This document shows, piece by piece, positions 57,601-64,000 of a DNA stretch of 64,000 nucleotides (the stretch's first letter is position 1; every line of letters begins with the position of its first letter). A program made the position numbers and the translations under genes. The DNA comes from Eledone cirrhosa (lineage: Eukaryota). The notes beneath the pieces were generated by a model. That model saw only the letters and a program-made list of their open reading frames with translations, ran no database searches and was not told the DNA's origin. Where the stretch lies: positions 194,246,001-194,310,000 of the forward strand of contig OZ024742.1 in assembly GCA_964016885.1 (NCBI GenBank), given 5' to 3'.

Positions 57601-59205
57601 GATGTCAACCGAATCTTGTCCTAGCCCGTCAGCATTCATCTCCTCAGTGGCCGTATCTCTGTTCCAGGTATTATTTATCTCAGTATTCAGATCATTGTCT
57701 GCTTCGGGTGGTTCCTCCGTTCTCAGGACCTCCTCACCTTCATTTCCCACCGGCTCGCTTGTCTGGCATACTACACCCGCCATCTCCAAGCCATTCTCTC
57801 TGCTCAGTTCCTCCAGTTCCAGCTCGCTTATCCACCCATTAGTTCTTATTACCCGAGCCTGCCCGGCCAATTTTTGTTCATCTAATTTAAATAAACCAAT
57901 CTCGTTCCAGATGTTATGCATCCGTCTCCTGTAGCCCCTCTCCTTGGGGTTACTTTTCAGGTAGCATTGCATAACAGTTCTATTCAATTCTTTCGTCCAG
58001 TTGGTTCTGGCCCCTTTCCTTCTTCTTCTTCCTCCAACATCAGCAGTATTTGGTTGACAGTCAGGTTCCTGCTGCTGAGCCAGGGGGCACCTGTTGGGTG
58101 AGAGTCTATCACATGACGTTCTAGTCTCCATTTCACCGTTATTCGAACTGTTTATGTTCGATATTTAAACACTCTTATTGAGGATTGGCGAATTTATGTT
58201 TACATAGCCATCTGTGGATCCGCCATCCCACTTGGCCCTTGTGTGGCATTATCACCACGCTGTATACGAACACACATAAACAAACAAACACACGGGCAGA
58301 AAGGGCCCCAAAAATGAATAAGCATAAGTTTCATTGTAATGTAGTATTCGAATGTCTGACTTAGTTTTTGTTTTTTAAGTTTTACTTTTTCCCCCTTCTT
58401 CTCTGTCCGTCCGCCTGCTTCTCTCTTCATTCTTATTTTCTTTACGTTTTTGGGGTTTCTTTTTTTGTTTTTGTTTTTCTCTGTTTGTTTTTCTCGTTTT
58501 TTGCTGTTGTTGCTGTACTGCTTTGGTTTTGTTGTTTGTTTTTTCTTTTTTCTTTTGAGTCTATCTATATATTTTGATGCCTTCCTCTTTGTTAGTAGTA
58601 GGGATTCTATAATGTGGAAGTAGTAGCAGCCAGCAGGGAGAAGTGGGAGATTGGCGGCGTTGGCGATACTGAGACAGTGGTGGTGGTGATGTCGATACCG
58701 AGGCAGTGGTGGCGGTGATGCGACCGTATTACTGTAGTGATGGTGCAGTAGCGGTAGCAGCAGCAGTGAAGGAGTCAAGGGGTGGTGGCGGCGGTGATGG
58801 GATAGTGGTGGTAATGATGGCCGTAGTGAGCGGTGGCGGTGAAGGTGAAAATGCTGTTGTGTTTAGTGTACACAGATGATGGGGTGGGTGGTGTATCTAG
58901 TTTCTGGTGTTGGTGAGTTTAGCTGTCCTATATAGTGTAGCCAGAGGAGAGGAGGGGGGGGGGTTCTTCTTCTTCCATTTATAGCCATTTTTTTTTTTGG
59001 ATATACAGTGTACAATACAAAGTTGAATATTTGAATATTTGAGCCTTATAACAATATATTTTGGGTCCGAATTTTTTGGGGCTCAAGCCGGGTGCTTTAC
59101 GTAGCATTTGTACTAAGAGTTGTTATTTCACAAATGATTTAAATATGTTAAAAATTCAAGGAGCGATTTCATGACCTCCGTCACCTCGTGCGTCTTCTTC
59201 CCATA

Positions 59206-59207
<2 letters not shown>
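54662..59207 (-). mobile_element. full-length R4/Dong-type (RLE) non-LTR retrotransposon copy C at (TAA)n
   Basis: Single ORF with RT, CCHC and restriction-like endonuclease; ~1-kb leader; TTA repeats at both ends. Confidence 0.92.
54739..58131 (-). pseudogene. ~1130-codon RT-RLE polyprotein interrupted by one in-frame TAG (57109-57111)
   Basis: ORFs 57109-58131 and 54739-57105 are in frame. Motifs SPGPDG, YRPI, KAFD, FQGDSLSP, FMDD, YKYLG, CRICG..ETVAHIVSEC, RHD, RPDLVV..D, KINRY. Confidence 0.92.
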
Positions 59208-59255
<48 letters not shown>

Positions 59256-59961
59256 GGCGACCTACGTAGTAAATCGTATCATCGTGAGCTCCGCAATGGT
59301 TTGTTATTTCCGTTTCTTAAAAATTGACATTTATGGAAAATTTTATTGTTAACTGTTTATAAGCGCACATACATTGTTTTCCGAAAAGGACACCCAAAAA
59401 GATTGGGGCCTTGTGCCCAAAATTTAAACTTTTATGATTATCAAAAATTTCTTTGAAAAAAAATGGCTAATCCACCTCTGCACCAAGCAGCTGAGAGCCT
59501 TCCTCACACCGACACCACCATTGTAAATATTACTACGTTGGCCAACACAAAAAATTTAAGCAGTAGCAATATTTTAAATTTGTCTCAGGCAAACATTCAT
59601 TTCCCGCCATTACCAATGCGACAACCACCACCCCCACCACTACTGCGACAACAGAAACAAAAGGAAAAAATAAATCAACTCGTGATGTCGAAATGTTTTC
59701 AACCAAAATGGACTCTTCCACGCCGAACACCACTGACGTCACCACCACCACAACTGAAACTAAAATTAATAATAACAAAAATAACGGTAAAGAAAGATAT
59801 GGTAAAGAAAGATGGGTACAGGGTCAGCCCCCACCCCCACACACACACACCTAATTATATGGAGCATCGGCGCCTATGCACCGTGTCGTATCGAACAATT
59901 AATGTAAAATCGCGCCAAGTGGAACGGGCATCCGAGTCCCAAATCCAAAAAGCTTTGGGAC

Positions 59962-60819
59962 ATGTGTGGGCAAGAAAAAACCCACATCAGACGTGGGCAG
60001 ATGTATGGAACCGTGGACGTGTTCTTTGAAACACCAGAGGAGGCTAGAGAACACTCCATGGCCCCATTAAGAAGTGACGACTTCACACTCGTCCCAAAAT
60101 ATTGTGGCCAGAGACTCGTAAAGATCAGGGTGACCCACGTTCCACCGGCCATCGAAATTCCCTGGCTAATAGCGGCCGTCCTCGCCGGCATCGAAGCCAA
60201 CACAAAGATAATAGCAATAGCAAAAGAAAAGCAGGAGAAATGGTCCGGATCTGGGATGGAGCTCCTGATCCAAGCGGACCAAAAAAGCATTGAGGAGATC
60301 CCAGACGTAATAGACCTCACTGACCGCAGCCACCTCACCGTAATTGTCGAGGGCAGAAGGACTCGGTGTGTCGTTTGTGGTGAAGGAACCCACCTAAGGG
60401 CTTTCTGCCCTCAGGCTAAAAGGTTGAGGCCACCTCTCCTACCCACCCCAGTGACTCAACCATCAACACCACCAGTAGCAGAGATGGCAGCAACAACTGT
60501 AGCAGCAACAACAGAAGCATCTATAACAGCAACAACCCCAGCAACAGTAGCAAAACCAACACCACCACTATCAGCAAAACCAACACCACCACCACTCAAC
60601 GCTTCAGAACTAGCACCAGCGCCTACACCATCCACCACGCCACAACCAAAACTAACGCCTGTGGAGGATTTTCCACTCCTCGGCCTATCACAACTGGAGA
60701 CAGATTGTGACGACGAGGAGTGGGAAACGGTATCAGGAAAAAAAAAAGAAACCAAAAAAGAAAAAAATCTCTTCCTTCCCCCTCCAAAAACAAAATACAG
60801 AGGGAAACAAATAAATTAA
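59962..60819 (+). CDS. LINE ORF1 (gag-like) fragment with CCHC zinc knuckle and Pro/Thr-rich tail
   Basis: VIVEGRRTRCVVCGEGTHLRAFCP (CX2CX4HX4C). Confidence 0.75.
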   Translation: MCGQEKTHIRRGQMYGTVDVFFETPEEAREHSMAPLRSDDFTLVPKYCGQRLVKIRVTHVPPAIEIPWLIAAVLAGIEANTKIIAIAKEKQEKWSGSGMELLIQADQKSIEEIPDVIDLTDRSHLTVIVEGRRTRCVVCGEGTHLRAFCPQAKRLRPPLLPTPVTQPSTPPVAEMAATTVAATTEASITATTPATVAKPTPPLSAKPTPPPLNASELAPAPTPSTTPQPKLTPVEDFPLLGLSQLETDCDDEEWETVSGKKKETKKEKNLFLPPPKTKYRGKQIN

Positions 60820-61042
60820 CAAACAAAAAAGTTAGGACAGATATGCCACCATCCATACCAGCATCACAAACCCCATCACCCCAAACACCAACACCATCAC
60901 CATCATTAACCCGAACACCACCATCACCTACACCACAAAAGTCACCAGAATGCGAAACAGAAACAAACGCACAACAAACTCAAACAAAACAAAACAACCA
61001 AAACGATACACACTACACAGCATTAAATTTGAACAACAACAT

Positions 61043-61170
61043 CCCCGTAAGGATGAAAGGCAAAGTCAACCCGCCGAGGTTGACTTTGCCTTTCATCCTT
61101 ACGGGGTCGATAAAATAAAGTACCAGTAATGCACTGGGTAATTGCTGGCCTTGTGCCTAAAGTAGAAACA
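61043..61170 (+). mobile_element. SINE A insertion with 5' fold-back and 18-bp TSD, nested in the LINE
   Basis: TSD attaaatttgaacaacaa at 61022-61039 and 61171-61188; 29-bp perfect inverted repeat 61043-61071 / 61078-61106. Confidence 0.92.
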
Positions 61171-61487
61171 ATTAAATTTGAACAACAAGCAATTATTACA
61201 CTACATCCAACACAACACCAGCATCACAGAAAAAGACTACACAACAACCCAAATTTCACACCACCTCCACACATACAAATCACTCGAATCACACAGAAAA
61301 AGTACATGACACTAAAACAAAAATTCCCCAAAGACATTGGAGACTTCCGACAAGCACTCTCCAGAAGGATTTATAAGGACATCCTTCCTGAGGAGGCCAC
61401 AGGCAGTGAAAAGGATGGAAAAACCGTCCTTCCTCTACGAGAAGTAAGGGTAAGTGGTCTTTCCCATCTTTTCCACTTCTTTTCAAC

Positions 61488-64000
61488 ATGACCTCACTCA
61501 GAATAGGCAGCATAAATGCGCGTGGCTTGGGGTAGGTCATGGAAGCAGGGCCACCTGCTCAACGACCTCAGGTCACTAAACATAGATGTAGTGGCCATCA
61601 GCGAGACCAGAATCTCCGAAGCACGGGCCTTCGCACCGTTCCTCGGCGGCTACGATGTGTACACATCTCCCAGCTGTCCTGGATAAGGGGGAGGTGTTGC
61701 TGTGCTTTTTCGGAGAGGTTTGGATCTTGCCATACGGGCCATCTTCCTGGACCCAGAAGGTAAGTTGGTGGTGCTGGACGTGACCAGCGGTGACAGGCAA
61801 GCTTTGAGGTTAGTGCCGTCTATGCCCCGACAGGAGCAGCGCGGCCTGATTTCTTCCGGCGTCTGGAGACCTTTCTTGGAACGTCCCGCTCTTTGGTGTA
61901 AGTGGGCGACTAGAACGGGATCTTAGATGCACGCTGGAATTGTGTGGGATTAATGGATAGGGGAGGAGGGTGCTAGAGTCTCACCAACCTGCTCAGGCGT
62001 TTTGAACTGTCTGACAGGTACCGATTGGATTTCCCGAATGTACCAATGTGGACTTGGACGAATCGAATAGGGTCATCCAGATCATATCTAGATAGAGTAT
62101 TTTGTAGGGAAATAGATAGGTCTAGCATAGGTGTCTACAATTCAAGATAGTCAGCTACACGGACCACAAATTCGTGATATGTGTGCTTGACTTAGATAGG
62201 CTTCATAGACGAGGACCCGGCTACTGGAAGCTAAACGCGTCCTTACCAGTGCGCAAGGCCTACAGAGATCGGATTAGCGAACTAGTTAAGCGGGCGTTGA
62301 CGGGGGCCATCGCCAACAACAAGTGGTGGTTTGCTCTGAAAAGAGCAATTAGAATAAAGTTCATTAGGTTTAGTAAGGCTTTAACAATAGAGAAAAATAG
62401 AGCAGAGGGAGAATTAGTCAGAAAATTAGACGAGGTGCTTTGAAAAGGCATCGCAACCGACGTACTTGCGGCGGAATTGGCCCTTGACCAATTATTCAAT
62501 GCAAAGGACGAAGGCTGCATTGTCAGAGCTAGGGTCCGTGCTCTCAGACACGAGGGGACGAAAGCCGTTCAATGCGCCCGAGTGGCGGAGGCGCGTCGTG
62601 GCAACAAAGCCACGATCCGGACTTTGGTGGACCACGACGGGCGCATGCAACTCGATCCCGGGAAAATGTGTGAAGGTTTTCAGCGACACTTCGCTCAACT
62701 GTTCGGGGGCAGTGGCGGGCCGGGTCGAGGGATGGACTTTAGTGTCTACCTCGACGGACTGCCGCGTCTCTCGGCCACTGAGGCGGAGTGTTGCGAAAAG
62801 CCGATAACAGCCGCTGAAGTACGGGAGGCAATGACTGGCTGCACAATGGGTAAATCGCTAGGTTTGGATGGTCTGGCCTATGAACTTTACGTACAAATGC
62901 CAGACTCGTTCGGAGGCCTCTTGGCGGATGTCTACTCCAACTGGCAACAGAACGGGAGAATTTCCAGCTCTGTGAGCCGTGCAGCGGTGGCGCAGCTGAG
63001 AAAGGATCCGAACAAAGGGGATAACATAGATAATTTTAGGCCCATAACTCTGCTAAACACAGAGTTCAAGATGTTGGCCAAGTGTTAGCAAAGAGGTTGG
63101 CGCTTGTCGTTGGTGGTCTGGTGGGAGAGGCGCAGACAGGCTCCATTCCCGACAGATCCACCCACGACAACCTCCACCTCGTGCGATACATCGTAGAGAG
63201 TGTAGCTAGGGAACCTGGCACGGGTGGGTCTTTGATAAATTTAGATCAGTCGAAAACCTTCGATAGGGTCGACCATCGTTACCTAGCGGCAGTCCTGAGG
63301 GCGGCTGGCTTTGGGCCCGTCATCAGAGGCTGGATCGCTGCCATGCACAGCGACATCTGCTCCGTGGTGAGAGTGAACGGTCACCTTTCGGAACCGTTCA
63401 ACATCAAGCGCTCGGTCCGCCAAGGATGTCCCTGCTCGTCCCTCTTGTACGTATTGACTCTCGAGCCATTACTGCACAAACTGGAGACGTTGATGGGGGT
63501 CCCGCGCGAACTAGGATGCGGAAGATCCGTGTCAGCATATGCGGACGATGTCACCGTAGTGGTGTCGAACGCCAAACACATTGAGGCGATCGGCACTACA
63601 CTAAGAGAATACGAAGCGGTGACAGGAGCAATGATCAACAAGGAAAAGTCAGTGGGCCTGCAGCTCGGCACCTGGAGAGGCAGGTCCATGCCGTCCAACA
63701 GCGTCGTCGGGCGCTGGACGGACGGACCGGTTAAATTGCTAGGGGTCTGGTTCGGTCCGGACCTCCAGACGGACAAAAGCTGGGACGAGGTGACGAGCAG
63801 GGTGGCTTCTCTCACCCAGAAATGGGCGGAGAGGAAGCTATCCCTGAAAGGTCGAGCGGAGGTGGCTAACGCGTACATCGCGTCCGTCATCTACTACCGC
63901 CTGACCGTCGTACCTTGTCCTAAGCCACGCTTGACTGCGCTGGAGCGTTTGCTCTTTCGCTTTTTGTGGAAGGGACGCGCTCCGATGGTCGGGCGGTCCA
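61488..64000 (+). pseudogene. LINE ORF2 (APE endonuclease plus RT) with stops and frameshifts
   Basis: MTSLRIGSINARGL, SYLDR, GPGYWKLN, GLDGL, NFRPITLLN, DQSKTFDRVDH, VRQGCP, YADD at 63538-63549. Confidence 0.9.

Larger units (their letters stand above)
59256..64000 (+). mobile_element. decayed Tx1/L1-group LINE, runs off the window end
   Basis: ORF1 with zinc knuckle; ORF2 with APE and RT. The 5' boundary at the (TTA)n tract is inferred. Confidence 0.85.

Noticed and set aside
57173-57934. 253-aa plus-strand ORF and similar antisense ORFs over the LINEs
   Set aside because: Shadow frames of the retrotransposon ORFs with no independent motifs.

Overview
Eukaryotic, very AT-rich, repeat-saturated DNA with no host protein-coding gene that I can support. 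The tRNA-like SINE family and the (TA)n density resemble octopus-type cephalopod genomes, which is an inference from recognition. Most long ORFs in the track ([12 protein letters not shown]) are microsatellite artefacts. Recognisable content: four Penelope-like (RT/GIY-YIG) fragments, four non-autonomous Helitrons (one with RepHel remnants), one RTE LINE fragment, a head-to-tail array of four R4/Dong-type RLE retrotransposons at (TAA)n (one full-length with a single in-frame stop), a decayed Tx1/L1-type LINE and many SINEs. The main hidden signal is a dense set of type I hammerhead ribozyme motifs, about 17 copies in about 10 sequence families. They sit in small, mostly non-coding elements inserted in (TA)n, usually as outward-facing inverted arms. 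Two elements are complete, terminally redundant non-coding monomers. One is a 696-nt unit whose genomic 5' end is exactly the predicted cleavage site and whose ribozyme carries a multibranched stem II domain. The other is a 591-nt permuted unit with a U3-A8 core variant. Together they look like a retrozyme or mini-Penelope system. All folds were made by eye and no activity has been tested.
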